From the NCBI GenBank assembly GCA_034669905.1, contig JAXMOL010000037.1, positions 18,734 through 82,733 of the forward strand: a DNA stretch of 64,000 nt, written 5' to 3'. This document shows positions 36,297-47,115 of this stretch, one piece after another. How positions within the stretch are numbered: position 1 is the stretch's first letter; the number at the start of each line of letters is the position of its first letter. Under the pieces are notes generated by a model, which had not been told where the DNA came from, did not search any database, and saw only the letters and a program-made list of their open reading frames with translations. The position numbers were made by a program, and so were the translations under genes. This DNA is from Candidatus Hydrogenedentota bacterium. GTDB taxonomy: Bacteria; Hydrogenedentota; Hydrogenedentia; Hydrogenedentales; JAEUWI01.

Positions 36297-39200
36297 ATGG
36301 CGGTAGCCTTACCCACATTCAGTCGGGTGGAAGAGATTGCGCAGCAACTGCGGCGCAACGATACGCCCCATGTCGAAATCGTGGGGCCCTGGGGTTCGGG
36401 TAAGACCCTGATGGCGCTTCAGGTGGCGGCCCAGCTCAAGGCGCCGCTCCTTTTTCTGACGGCGGGGCGACTCGAGGCCGAGGGCATTCATGATGATTTG
36501 AGCACCTTCGGGGACGAAGATGAGTCGGCCCTTTTTCCTGCCTGGGAAGTCCTGCCCAGCGATACCATGAATCCGGCGGACGACATCGTCGCCGAACGCA
36601 TGAACACCCTCAAACGCCTTTCGGCCGCACAGGATGCCGGTACCCCAATGCGCGCGGTAGCGCCCTTGCGTGCCCTGCTCCAGTATGTGGTGAACCGCAA
36701 ACGGCTCGCCGAAGACAGCATGATTCTCGCGGTGGGCGAAGAATACGAATTGGATACCCTGCTGACCCGCTTCGTTTCCATGGGCTACAACCGGGAAACC
36801 ATGGTGGAGCACCGGGGAGATATCAGTGTCCGCGGCGGCATTCTCGATGTCTTTCCCATCTCCAGCGAGCTGCCCTACCGGGTCGAGTTTTTTGGTGATG
36901 AGATCGATTCCATTCGTCGCTTCGAGCCGGAGACCCAGCGCAGTGTCTCTCAGGAAGACGAACTGCAGATTCTTCCCCGTTCGGAAAAGGCCCTGCTCTC
37001 GGGGCATGGTGCGGCGGATCAGTTTACGGCCCTGACGGACTACTTTCCCAAAGAAACGATCATTGTGCTCGATGAGCCCCTGCGCCTCGAAGAGACGGCC
37101 CAGGAGCTGACGGAGCAGTTGCACGGCAGCGCCCACCATCTCCCCTGGGATGAGGCGAAGGAAAAGCTGGCCAAGTTCAAACAGATCCGCATTGCCCAGA
37201 TTGGTTATGAGCGGCAGGATGACGCACCCCGTTTCAACCTGCCCATGCAATCCATCACCGGGTGGGCCGGTCACAGTGGGGACTTCTGGGAGCAACTCAA
37301 GCATTGGGACCTGGAAGGGTTTACGGTGCAGTTGCTGTGTGTAAACACGGGGGAACGCCGGCGTCTGTTTGAGTTGCTTGAAGAGCAGGGTTATCGCCCC
37401 GGCGAGGACGCCTTCGATCTTCGGGTGTCTATCGGGCGACTCCAGGCGGGCTTTACGGCCAACGCGGAGAAGCTCGCCGTCCTCAGTGAACGGGAAATGT
37501 TTGGCCGTCACTATATGCGGCGGAAACGCCGGCGTTTCGAAGCGGGCCAGACCATCACCCAGTTCAGCGACCTCAAAGTGGGGGATTACATCGTCCACGT
37601 GGACAACGGGATCGGGCGCTATGTGGGGCTCCGTCGAATTCAGGGCAAAATGGGCGACTATATGACGATCCAGTATGCGGGGAGCGATGTGATGTACATC
37701 CCCGTATCCCAGATCGACACGGTGCAGAAGTATTCCGGGGGCGACGGGGCCGTGCCCAAGGTAGATCGTCTGGGAGGCAAGACGTGGGCCAAGAAAAAGG
37801 CCAGCGTCAAGAAGGCGGTCAAGGATATGACCGAGGAGCTTGTGAAGCTCTATGCCGCCCGGGAAGAAAACGACGGCCATGCCTTCATGCCCGACACCCC
37901 CTGGCAACGGGAATTTGAAGACGCCTTTGAATACGATGAGACGCCCGATCAGGCCCGGGCCATTGATGATATCAAGCGCGATATGGAGTCCCCCCGGCCC
38001 ATGGATCGCCTGCTTTGCGGCGATGTGGGTTATGGTAAGACCGAAGTGGCCCTGCGCGCGGCTTTCAAGGCGGTGATGGACGGGAAGCAGGTGGCCATGT
38101 TGGCACCCACGACCGTCTTGACCCAACAGCACTTTCAGACCTTCAGCGAGCGCATGGCCGACTTTCCGGTGCGCATTGGTTTGTTGAACCGTTTTCGGAC
38201 GGCCAAGCAGCAGCGTGAAACCATCGACCAGGTGAAGGCGGGCGAGATTGATGTGCTGGTAGGCACGCACCGCCTCACGTCGAAGGATGTAAATTTTAAA
38301 GACCTGGGCCTTGTGATTATCGACGAGGAACAGCGCTTTGGCGTGGCGGTGAAAGAGCGCCTCAAACAGCTCCGGATCCACGTCGACGTCTTGACCCTTT
38401 CGGCCACACCCATTCCCCGTACCCTGCACTTTTCGCTCATTGGGGTGCGTGATATGAGCCTGATCAACACGGCACCCAATGACCGCTTGCCCATCCACAC
38501 CGCCATCGAAGCGTGGGATTCACGGGTGGTGCAGGAGGCCATCACGCGCGAACTGGCCCGGGAAGGGCAGGTATTCTTTCTGCATAACCGGGTCCAGACC
38601 ATTGATCGGGTGGCCGCCCAGATTAACAAGCTGGTCCCCCGGGCGCGGGTGGGAATCGGGCATGGTCAAATGGCCAAGCACGAACTCGAAGATATCATGT
38701 CGGATTTCATCCACAAGAAGATTGACGTCCTCGTGTGCACGACCATTATCGGGTCGGGTATTGATATTCCCAACGCCAACACCATTATTGTGGACCGGGC
38801 CGACACCTTTGGGCTGGGTGAGTTGTATCAGATCCGTGGCCGGGTCGGCCGTTATAAGCACCGGGCCTTTGCCTACCTGCTGATACCGGGGGATAAGGCT
38901 TTGAGTGAAGACGCCCAGCAGCGCCTCAAGGCCCTCGAAGACTTTTCCTCCCTCGGCTCAGGCTTTCGGATTGCCATGCGCGACCTGGAGATCCGCGGTT
39001 GCGGTAACATTCTCGGCGCCGAGCAGAGTGGCAGTATTGCCGCGGTGGGTTACGAGACCTACAAGGACCTGATTGCCGAGGCCATCGCGGAGCACAAGGG
39101 GCAGCCCATCCGCAAGCGGAATCTGCCGCCCTTCGACCTTCAGATTGACACCTATATCCCCGATGCCTATGTGGCGACGGCCCAGCAGAAGATGACCCTC

Positions 39201-39560
39201 TACCGCCGTATCGCCGGGGTCCAGTCGCCCGAAGAAGTGGCCGAGCTGCGCGCCGAGTTGAAAGACCGTTTCGGACCGCCGCCCGGGCCGGTGCGCCGCC
39301 TGCTCGACGTGATGCATGTGCGTGCCCTGGCGGGTGAGGCGGGCATCAAAGGGGTGGTGGCGACCCAGAAGAACGTGGTGCTCCGCTTTGAGGCGAGCCG
39401 CTTTCCCGATAAGCAGATGCAGAATCGGCTCTACCAGAAGTTCGGCGATGCCCTCGAGTTCTCGTGGCGCGATGACCCGGCCATTACCTGTGCGGTCGAT
39501 GAAAGCAGCGGTGACGCCTGTGCCACGGCGGCGGCCCTCCTGACCGAACTGGTGGAGTAG
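36297..39560 (+). CDS. mfd: Transcription-repair coupling factor
   Basis: UvrB-like VRGGILDVF, RID domain, CGDVGYGKT, DEEQRFG, SATPIPRT, QIRGRVGR, DLEIRG, TRCF domain. Confidence 0.97.
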   Translation: MAVALPTFSRVEEIAQQLRRNDTPHVEIVGPWGSGKTLMALQVAAQLKAPLLFLTAGRLEAEGIHDDLSTFGDEDESALFPAWEVLPSDTMNPADDIVAERMNTLKRLSAAQDAGTPMRAVAPLRALLQYVVNRKRLAEDSMILAVGEEYELDTLLTRFVSMGYNRETMVEHRGDISVRGGILDVFPISSELPYRVEFFGDEIDSIRRFEPETQRSVSQEDELQILPRSEKALLSGHGAADQFTALTDYFPKETIIVLDEPLRLEETAQELTEQLHGSAHHLPWDEAKEKLAKFKQIRIAQIGYERQDDAPRFNLPMQSITGWAGHSGDFWEQLKHWDLEGFTVQLLCVNTGERRRLFELLEEQGYRPGEDAFDLRVSIGRLQAGFTANAEKLAVLSEREMFGRHYMRRKRRRFEAGQTITQFSDLKVGDYIVHVDNGIGRYVGLRRIQGKMGDYMTIQYAGSDVMYIPVSQIDTVQKYSGGDGAVPKVDRLGGKTWAKKKASVKKAVKDMTEELVKLYAAREENDGHAFMPDTPWQREFEDAFEYDETPDQARAIDDIKRDMESPRPMDRLLCGDVGYGKTEVALRAAFKAVMDGKQVAMLAPTTVLTQQHFQTFSERMADFPVRIGLLNRFRTAKQQRETIDQVKAGEIDVLVGTHRLTSKDVNFKDLGLVIIDEEQRFGVAVKERLKQLRIHVDVLTLSATPIPRTLHFSLIGVRDMSLINTAPNDRLPIHTAIEAWDSRVVQEAITRELAREGQVFFLHNRVQTIDRVAAQINKLVPRARVGIGHGQMAKHELEDIMSDFIHKKIDVLVCTTIIGSGIDIPNANTIIVDRADTFGLGELYQIRGRVGRYKHRAFAYLLIPGDKALSEDAQQRLKALEDFSSLGSGFRIAMRDLEIRGCGNILGAEQSGSIAAVGYETYKDLIAEAIAEHKGQPIRKRNLPPFDLQIDTYIPDAYVATAQQKMTLYRRIAGVQSPEEVAELRAELKDRFGPPPGPVRRLLDVMHVRALAGEAGIKGVVATQKNVVLRFEASRFPDKQMQNRLYQKFGDALEFSWRDDPAITCAVDESSGDACATAAALLTELVE

Positions 39561-39658
39561 GGGTACTTACAAAATTCGACATCATACCTGCGGTGTAGTA
39601 CTGTATGCGGGGATTGAAAACCGGGTGGAACGCAGGTTCCGAGAGGAGATACTGGCTC

Positions 39659-40792
39659 ATGAAAACGCCTTACCACGCCGCCTGTCTTGGGGCATTTACG
39701 GCTGTGATGCTGCTCAGCACCATCACGGCCTCAGCAGACAAAGGGAACACCATGGGTATCGAAGTGACGCCCTATGGCACCACCAGCGACGGTGTTGCGG
39801 TGCAACAATTCACCCTCACCAACACCAACGGGTTGAAGGCCGTGCTCATCGAATATGGCGCGACCCTCGTCTCCCTGGAAACGCCGGACCGGGATGGCAC
39901 CCTGGCGAACATTACCCTGGGATGTCCGGATCTGGCGAGTTATGAAGCCAACAGCCCCTACTTCGGGGCCATTGCCGGGCGTTGTGCCAACCGGATTGCC
40001 AAGGGGAAATTCACCCTCGAAGGCACGGAATACACCCTGGCGATTAACAACGATCCCAACCACCTCCATGGCGGGGTGAAGGGCTTTGACAAAGTCGTTT
40101 GGGCGGCGGAAGGGTTCACGACGGACAACGGCGTGGGGGTGAGGTTCACCTATGTCAGCAAGGACATGGAAGAGGGCTACCCGGGCACGTTGACGAGTGT
40201 GGTGAAATACACCTTGAGCAACGACAATAAACTGAGCTTTGACTATGAAGCCACGACGGACAAGGCGACAGTGGTCAATCTGACCCAGCACAGCTATTGG
40301 AACCTGGGGGGGCATGGTGCGGGCACGATCCTCGACCATGAGCTCATGATTAACGCGGCGAATTATACGCCTGCCGATGAGACCTTTATCCCTACGGGTG
40401 AGATTGCCCCGGTGGCGGGTACGCCCGTGGATTTCACAGCACCCATTGCCATAGGTGCGCGTATCGATCAGGTGCCGGGGGGCTATGACCTGAATTATGT
40501 GCTGAACGACACCTCCACCGACCTGCACCACGCGGCGACCGTTTCAGACCCGAAGACGGGGCGGGTGATGGAGATTCATACGACGGAGCCGGGGATTCAG
40601 TTTTACTCGGGTAACTTCCTGGATGGCAGTTTCGAAGGTTTAGACGGGGTTATCTATCCCAAGCATAGTGGCTTCTGCCTGGAGACCCAACATTATCCCG
40701 ACAGCATCAACAAGCCCGAATGGCCGACCGTGGTGTTGAAGCCCGGCGAAACCTACCGCCACCACACGGTCCACACCTTCACGACGAAGTAA
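39659..40792 (+). CDS. galM: Aldose 1-epimerase with signal peptide
   Basis: GRCANRI, NHLHGG, EEGYPG, HSYWNL, GFCLETQ. Confidence 0.92.
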   Translation: MKTPYHAACLGAFTAVMLLSTITASADKGNTMGIEVTPYGTTSDGVAVQQFTLTNTNGLKAVLIEYGATLVSLETPDRDGTLANITLGCPDLASYEANSPYFGAIAGRCANRIAKGKFTLEGTEYTLAINNDPNHLHGGVKGFDKVVWAAEGFTTDNGVGVRFTYVSKDMEEGYPGTLTSVVKYTLSNDNKLSFDYEATTDKATVVNLTQHSYWNLGGHGAGTILDHELMINAANYTPADETFIPTGEIAPVAGTPVDFTAPIAIGARIDQVPGGYDLNYVLNDTSTDLHHAATVSDPKTGRVMEIHTTEPGIQFYSGNFLDGSFEGLDGVIYPKHSGFCLETQHYPDSINKPEWPTVVLKPGETYRHHTVHTFTTK

Positions 40793-40817
40793 GGGGCATT
40801 AGCGAAAAGAATTCATC

Positions 40818-40845
40818 GGCAGACGCTTCGGCGTCTGCCTTTTTT
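40818..40845 (+). terminator. Rho-independent terminator
   Basis: GGCAGACGC-TTCG-GCGTCTGCC-TTTTTT. Confidence 0.9.
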
Positions 40846-40847
40846 GT

Positions 40848-41171
40848 GGGGACTGCCTCCGCGCCGCGACGTTTGGTCGGTGGGGTATGCGTGTTGGCGA
40901 ACTCGAGGTCGTCGGATTGGGGTAAAGTGCGTAATAGCGGGGGCCGTCCCCCTCAACAAGAGATACCGGGGTGCCACCCTCAAGCAGAGGAGCGCAGCGG
41001 GGGAACCTTGTGGGTGGGTTGAACCCATGGCCCCTCTTGACAAGGTCAGGGGAGGGGGACAGCCCCGAATAGCCGGTATTCCGTACTGCTGCGGCGCGTA
41101 TTGGTAAACCACGGGGTGTCACGGGCTACGGTGTCGACATCTATTCGGGGCAGTCCCCGGGGCAGTCCCCG
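40848..41171. repeat. Composite of REP-like modules
   Basis: GGGGACTGCC, GCCGTCCCCCTC, GGGTGCCACCCTCAAG..CTTGTGGGTG, GGGGACAGCCCCGAATAG/CTATTCGGGGCAGTCCCC. Confidence 0.75.
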
Positions 41172-41176
41172 TTCCG

Positions 41177-42250
41177 TTATTTCGTGTGCCCGAGAATGGC
41201 CTCTTCCTCAAAGCTGGCGAGCATGACGGTCTTGCGCACATCCGTGGTGTAGACCACGTAGATGGTGCCGTCTTTCGCCTGGATGGCCATGGGGTAGGCA
41301 TAGGTGTTCTTCATGTCCGTGCCGATGTCCCGCTTGTGGGGCCACGTCTTGTCGTTATCCTCGGAGATGGCAATCGTCAGGGGATTGCGGTCGTTCATGT
41401 TGTCGTTGTAGGCCAGGAGCAGGTGGCCGTTCTGCAGCTTGATGAAGCTCACCGCCGCATTGGGGTTGGGGAACTGGGAGTCTTCGCCCTTGCTCCAGGT
41501 CATGCCGCCATCGTGGGATTCCGCGCGAATCATGTAGCGCGTCGTGCTGGGCTCGTAGTCACCCGCCACCCGGCAATAGGCAATCAGGTAGTCGTCCGTA
41601 ATCTGCACCGGCTCGGGCTGGAGGTTACCGATCTTCGAGTAGATCCGCTTCGTCGGGGTCCAGGTCCGCGTCTTGGGATCGTGGACGAGGAAGAAGGACG
41701 CCGTTTCGGCGGTCATCTGTTCCCGATCGCTGCCGGCTTCATGGTAGACGGGGAGGAGATAGTTACCATTGTTCAAGACGATGGGACGTCCCCGGGCCAT
41801 GGTACCCATTTCAAAATCGAGGACCATGGAGTCGGACCAGGTCTTGGCACCGTCTTCGGAAATTTTGGCCTTGATGCGGGTTTCCGACCAGGTGTCGCCG
41901 TAGCGCTGCACGTAGAAAAGCCAGACCAGGCCATCGGGGGCCTGCCACACGATGCCATTGCCTTCACCCCGGAAGGGCGTATCGGCCAGAAGTTGGGGGT
42001 CGGACCACGTTGTCTCGCCCTTCTTGCGACGGATGCCATAGACCTTGGATTCGTCTTCATATTCGCCGCCACCACCATAGTAGGTGATGAAGAGATCGCC
42101 GTTGTCGAGTTCGGTGATACAGGCGGGGTGCTTGTATTCACCCGGGTACTCGGTGCCGATGACCTTTTCGATTTTGACGTCATCGGCCGCATGGGTGGAT
42201 AGGGCGCACAGGCTTAGCGCGAGGGCGGTGAGGAGGGGGGCAGGCCTCAT
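41177..42250 (-). CDS. Secreted BNR/Asp-box beta-propeller (sialidase family)
   Basis: Asp boxes SEDGAKTW, SHDGGMTW, SEDNDKTW; AYP; signal peptide. Confidence 0.88.
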   Translation of the reverse strand: MRPAPLLTALALSLCALSTHAADDVKIEKVIGTEYPGEYKHPACITELDNGDLFITYYGGGGEYEDESKVYGIRRKKGETTWSDPQLLADTPFRGEGNGIVWQAPDGLVWLFYVQRYGDTWSETRIKAKISEDGAKTWSDSMVLDFEMGTMARGRPIVLNNGNYLLPVYHEAGSDREQMTAETASFFLVHDPKTRTWTPTKRIYSKIGNLQPEPVQITDDYLIAYCRVAGDYEPSTTRYMIRAESHDGGMTWSKGEDSQFPNPNAAVSFIKLQNGHLLLAYNDNMNDRNPLTIAISEDNDKTWPHKRDIGTDMKNTYAYPMAIQAKDGTIYVVYTTDVRKTVMLASFEEEAILGHTK

Positions 42251-42477
42251 GGGGATAATTCCTTTTCTAGTGTTAAGGTTAAAAACGATGAAACCTCATG
42301 ATACGGTCTGAACTGGCGGGAGCGCAATGCAGGGAAATTGCTGAAAAGCAGCCGCGCGTGCGCAGCATCAAGATTATGGCGCCTCGACCCCTCGTCTTTC
42401 CGGCCGTTTAGGAGTAGGATAGAAGACAGGACGTGTTGTTGCGGCAGTCAAATGATAGACAATCCAAGGAGAAGATC

Positions 42478-43179
42478 ATGGATATCGCAGGACAGAAAGT
42501 ATTGGTAACGGGCGGCAGTGCGGGCATTGGCAAGGCCACGGCGGCGGCCTTGGTGGCGGCGGGGTGTAAGGTGGTCATCAACGGCCGTAATGAAGAGAGC
42601 CTGAAGGCGGCGGCAGCGGAACTGGGTTGCGTGGGTATTGCAGGGGACGTGGGGGAGGAGGCCGACGCCAAACGCATTGTCTCTGAAACGGTGGACCAAC
42701 TGGGCGGTATCGACGTGTTGGTGAATAACGCGGGCTTTGGGCGTTTTGGCATGTTGGTCGAGCTGGAGGCCCACGATATGGAAACGGTGTGGCGGACCAA
42801 TGTGCTGGGAGCCATGTTCATGGGACGGGAAGTGGCCAAGCGATTGGTGGAGCAGTGTTCCGGCACGATTATTAATATTGCCTCCACGGCCGCAACCAAG
42901 GGATTCGCCGGGGGCACGGCTTATGCCTCCTCCAAGTTTGCCCTTCGCGGCATGAGTGAATGCTGGCGGGAAGAACTGCGCCGTCACGATGTGCGGGTCG
43001 TGCTGATTAATCCGAGTGAGGTCATCACCGAATTCGCTTCTCGTGCAGGACTGAATCAGGAAGCGTCGGAGAAGAAACTCCAGCCCGAAGAGATCGCCCA
43101 TGCGGTCGTGTCCGCCATCGCAATGGATCCGCGCGGATTTGTGTCGGAGCTGACGGTGATTGCGACGAATCCCTTTTAG
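42478..43179 (+). CDS. SDR-family oxidoreductase
   Basis: TGGSAGIG, NNAG, YASSK. Confidence 0.93.
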   Translation: MDIAGQKVLVTGGSAGIGKATAAALVAAGCKVVINGRNEESLKAAAAELGCVGIAGDVGEEADAKRIVSETVDQLGGIDVLVNNAGFGRFGMLVELEAHDMETVWRTNVLGAMFMGREVAKRLVEQCSGTIINIASTAATKGFAGGTAYASSKFALRGMSECWREELRRHDVRVVLINPSEVITEFASRAGLNQEASEKKLQPEEIAHAVVSAIAMDPRGFVSELTVIATNPF

Positions 43180-43189
43180 GGGGTTGTTA

Positions 43190-43221
43190 AACCACGAATG
43201 CACACGAATTTACACGAATAG
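43190..43221. repeat. Single 9-10-mer triplet module
   Basis: AACCACGAATGCACACGAATTTACACGAATAG, similar to 5627-5659. Confidence 0.7.
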
Positions 43222-43355
43222 TGTGTTACTCCGTTTTTTCAGGACAGCTAGTTGTCGTGTCTCGGAACCAAGCGCACGCCTATGATGGGCCACCGGCTCA
43301 GTGGCCCATTCGAAGAATGGAACGAGGTGGGGCATCCCCCGCTATACCTGGAGCG

Positions 43356-45053
43356 ATGATGAACATGCCTGCCAATTGGGTAAAAGGGTGGACGGTTGGG
43401 GCCTTCGCCCTTGTATTGGTTTTCGCGGGCTACGCCGATGAGGTGGAGCCCGCCGATAGTCCGCAGGAGTATGTCACCCAGGACCCCATCGGAAGCGCCT
43501 TCGTCCAACTCTTTGACAGCAGCGTGGCCGAAACCTCGCCGTACGGGCACCACGAGCTAATTGTCATTCCCATCGATATCAATCAAGATGGCCTTTTGGA
43601 CGTTATGGTTTCTGCCAATTTCTACCGCAACGGGAAGCAGGGGCAGATGTGGCGCGTTTTCTTTCGGGTTGATGAAGGCTACGTTAGCTTGGATGGTGAG
43701 TTGTTCAGGAAAAACGGCACTTACAAGGGTATGGGGCTAATTCAATTTTATTACGAAACTGTGCGCGTGCGACCAGACCCGGACAGTCGTTCCACTTCCT
43801 TCTATGCGGTGGGCAATGGCGGTGGCGGATTGGGTCTTCTGGAAGGTACGCGAATCTGGAAATCGGGCATGGAGCAGCAAGCCATTGCCTTACTGGAACG
43901 GCAAGACGAGGAAGATGATGCCCGAATTGCATCATTGGGGGACCGATTCAACGGCCTCGAATCCCAGGTCTATTTCGTGGACTTCGGCCCCCTCCAGGCG
44001 CGTTACGCGGCCCAGCTGCATCGTAAGCCCAAGAAGGGGATGGATGAATCGTTCCGTAACCGCCACCACGCCTTTTATGGAGACCGGTATCTAAAAACGG
44101 TGGACGAGGCCTACGCCTTGCTCGATGGGAAATCGGCGGATTTGTCGGATGGGCACGCTGATTCGGCAAGGCAAGCGTCCATCTTTGACGATGCCGACGC
44201 GGCTCTTGCGCACTATTTGAAAGACGATCAGGGGAATTGGCGACCGGTGCCCGTGGAACCCCTTCTTGGAAGGTTTGATGAGGAAGAACTTGCGGCACGT
44301 CTTTACACTCGGATGGAGCACGCCGAGAGGAACGAGCAGTCCGCCGTAGCAAGCACACTCGCAGCAATCGCAGCGAACAGCACCGACCCTGCCATTCGGC
44401 AGCGATTTGTGGAGCGGGCGCTGTCCGCTGGATGGGGTGGGTATGACGACACAACGACATGGGCGTTGATCAGGCCATTCAAGAATAGCGATTTCAATGA
44501 CGCGTCCAAGGCCCACGTGCTGCGTATTTTGGAAGCATCAAAATCCGAAACCCACCCCTATGTCATCGGACGCGGTGTGGCGCGATGGGTTGGGCTTCTG
44601 GGGCTTGAAGAGGCTATCCCGACTCTCCGGGAGATAAACGCGGTGCAGCGGGGAATCGAACACAGACGTTGGAACCCGCTATTTCAGCGCACGGCCCTGA
44701 TCGCTCTCGGTCGGCTGGGTGACCCCGAGGCCGTTCGAGAGATGATCGCATGCGTCGAGGAAATGGATACGCCCCGGTATCGGGCACTTTCTCTCCAGCG
44801 CCTGGCCCTGCTGCGCACGCCCGAGACAGTCGCCTACCTGAAGGGGTATTTGTTCAGTGATGGGACGTTTGACGAAATGGGTACGAGTTGGCTACCGGTC
44901 AGCGAGGCCCAGTGTGCCGCCGATACGCTTGCGGCGATCCTGGAGGGATTTCCCGAGGAGGGGCTGGATGCACAGCGGCAGTGGATGGAGGCCCAGACGG
45001 AATTCGTGTTTAAACCGAAGGGCAGCGAAGGGGCTTTCGTGGGGATTCATTGA
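43356..45053 (+). CDS. Secreted hypothetical protein with DxNxDG loop and C-terminal HEAT-like repeats
   Basis: Signal peptide; DINQDGLLD; ALIALGRLGDPEAV. Confidence 0.65.
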   Translation: MMNMPANWVKGWTVGAFALVLVFAGYADEVEPADSPQEYVTQDPIGSAFVQLFDSSVAETSPYGHHELIVIPIDINQDGLLDVMVSANFYRNGKQGQMWRVFFRVDEGYVSLDGELFRKNGTYKGMGLIQFYYETVRVRPDPDSRSTSFYAVGNGGGGLGLLEGTRIWKSGMEQQAIALLERQDEEDDARIASLGDRFNGLESQVYFVDFGPLQARYAAQLHRKPKKGMDESFRNRHHAFYGDRYLKTVDEAYALLDGKSADLSDGHADSARQASIFDDADAALAHYLKDDQGNWRPVPVEPLLGRFDEEELAARLYTRMEHAERNEQSAVASTLAAIAANSTDPAIRQRFVERALSAGWGGYDDTTTWALIRPFKNSDFNDASKAHVLRILEASKSETHPYVIGRGVARWVGLLGLEEAIPTLREINAVQRGIEHRRWNPLFQRTALIALGRLGDPEAVREMIACVEEMDTPRYRALSLQRLALLRTPETVAYLKGYLFSDGTFDEMGTSWLPVSEAQCAADTLAAILEGFPEEGLDAQRQWMEAQTEFVFKPKGSEGAFVGIH

Positions 45054-45105
45054 CGTTGTTGGCGGGAAAATCAGCGCTCCTGAAGGGCGCGGGTGCGTGT
45101 TTTGT

Positions 45106-45150
45106 CACCCACAAGCTCCGTCGTTCCTCCTCCGCTTGAGGGTGGCACCC
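45106..45150. repeat. REP-like element (inverted copy of the 40969 type)
   Basis: CACCCACAAG..GCTTGAGGGTGGCACCC. Confidence 0.75.
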
Positions 45151-45200
45151 GGAAATATGGGGATTGAATCCAAAGCAGCCCCCGGCAGTCCCCGGGCCGC

Positions 45201-46973
45201 TCAGGCCAGGTCTTCCAGCTGCACGGCACCGAATTGTTCTTCGCAGAGGGCGCGGTAGGGGCCGTCTTCGTTGATGAGGGCGTCGTGGGTGCCTTCTTGC
45301 ACAATCCGGCCTTCTTCGATGACCACCACGCGGTCACAGTCCACAATCGTCGCCAGGCGGTGGGCGATGACGAGGGTGGTGCGGCCCTTCATGAGGTGGT
45401 CGAGGGCATCCTGGATAATGTTCTCGGCGTGGGAATCGAGGCTCGACGTGGCTTCATCAAGAATGAGGATGGCCGGGTCGCGGAGGAAGGCGCGGGCGAT
45501 GCTCAGCCGCTGCTTCTGTCCGCCACTCAGGGTGACGCCCCTTTCGCCGATGACCGTGTCGTAGCCTTCGGGCAGTTCGTTGACGAATTCATCCACATGG
45601 GCCATGCGGGCCGCTTCGAGCATGTCTTCTTCCGTCGCACCACGACGACCGTAGAGGATGTTCTCCCGGATGGAGCCGCCGAAGAGGATGGCGTCCTGCA
45701 TGACCATGCCAATTTTTTCCCGGAGGGAGTGGAGGGTTACCCCGCGGATGTCTTGTCCGTCAATGAGGATAGCACCACGGTTCACGTCGTAGAAGCGGGG
45801 GACCAGTTTTACCAGGGTGCTCTTGCCACCACCACTACGGCCTACGATGGCCACGGCCTGTCCGGGCTCCACATCGAGGGTGACGCCGTCGATGACGGGT
45901 TGGTCGTCGAGGTAGGAAAAGTGCACGTCTTCGAAACGGATGCGGCCTTCGCTCAGGGTCAGGGGCCGGGCGTCGGGTGCGTTGTCGATATCGGGTGCCA
46001 CATCGAGGATGTCGAAGACCCGGTCCATGCCCGCAAGCTGCATCTGCACGGCGGCGGAGGCATCGGCGAGGCGACGGGTGGGCAGGTAGAGGTGGGAGAG
46101 GATACCGCTGAAGGCCACCAACTCGCCGGGGTCGAGGTCCCCTTTTACCACGAGGTAGGTGCCGAAGCAGATGACCACGATGGGCCCGATCATGGTGAAG
46201 AATTCGCCAAACTGGAACATGGATACGTGGATGCGGACCCGCTGCATGATTTCGTCGAAGTAGCGGCGGTGCTCGGCGAAGAAGCGGAGTCGTTCGGAGC
46301 GTTCGCGGACGAAGGCGATGACCACGCTTTGTCCGGAGAGTTTTTCGTTAATCTCGCCGGAAAGTTCGGACATCTGCTTCTGCACCCGCTGGGATGCCAC
46401 GCGCAGCCGGGGATTGAGGACGCCGAAGACGATGGCATACATGGGCAGGGTCAGGAGACTGACGGCCGCGAGTTTCCAGTTCCAGAAGAGAAAGAGCCAG
46501 GTGACCACGCCCACGAGAAAGATGAGGTCGACGGCCACGGACATGACGCCCCGGTCGAGGATACCCTGGGCGGTGTTGATGTCGTTGGTCAGCCGCGAGG
46601 TGGTGGTGCCGGTGCGTTGATTGGCGTGGTAACTCAGGCTGAGGCGTTGCACGTGGGCGTAGAGGGCGTTGCGGATGTCGAAGATGGTCCGGTTGCCCGC
46701 CAGTTCGGCCCAGTACGAGCGGTAGTAGGAAATGGGAATGCGCCCGATGAACACGACGAGGAGCACGCCCACCACCTGAAAGAGGCGGGTCATCTTTTCG
46801 TCATCGGGGATTTCCGCCAGGATAACGTGATCGATCACGTAGCCGAGGGAAAGGGGGATGAGGAGGGCGAGGGAGAACTTCAGGACGCCGGTCACGACGG
46901 AACCCAGAATATAGGGCCAATAGGGACGGGCGTAGCGAAGGAATCGCCAGAATGTTGCGGAGCCGAACTTCAT
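45201..46973 (-). CDS. ABC exporter, fused TMD-NBD (MsbA/Sav1866-like)
   Basis: Multiple TM helices; GRSGGGKS, LSGGQKQR, ILDEATSSLD, IAHRL. Confidence 0.95.
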   Translation of the reverse strand: MKFGSATFWRFLRYARPYWPYILGSVVTGVLKFSLALLIPLSLGYVIDHVILAEIPDDEKMTRLFQVVGVLLVVFIGRIPISYYRSYWAELAGNRTIFDIRNALYAHVQRLSLSYHANQRTGTTTSRLTNDINTAQGILDRGVMSVAVDLIFLVGVVTWLFLFWNWKLAAVSLLTLPMYAIVFGVLNPRLRVASQRVQKQMSELSGEINEKLSGQSVVIAFVRERSERLRFFAEHRRYFDEIMQRVRIHVSMFQFGEFFTMIGPIVVICFGTYLVVKGDLDPGELVAFSGILSHLYLPTRRLADASAAVQMQLAGMDRVFDILDVAPDIDNAPDARPLTLSEGRIRFEDVHFSYLDDQPVIDGVTLDVEPGQAVAIVGRSGGGKSTLVKLVPRFYDVNRGAILIDGQDIRGVTLHSLREKIGMVMQDAILFGGSIRENILYGRRGATEEDMLEAARMAHVDEFVNELPEGYDTVIGERGVTLSGGQKQRLSIARAFLRDPAILILDEATSSLDSHAENIIQDALDHLMKGRTTLVIAHRLATIVDCDRVVVIEEGRIVQEGTHDALINEDGPYRALCEEQFGAVQLEDLA

Positions 46974-47115
46974 AGGGGCGCAAGTATAGCATGTTGTATG
47001 GGGGTGGATCAGGTGACGGAGGCACTTTTTGCGTCGAAGTCGTAGTTAAATGGTTACGGATTGTCCGGCACATCGTGTGCTTCACCCATCAGGTAGACCT
47101 GCTTGGGATATTTTT

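Noticed and set aside
36309..38498. 729-aa minus-strand ORF
   Set aside because: Antisense to mfd
45234..47045. 603-aa plus-strand ORF
   Set aside because: Antisense to the ABC exporter
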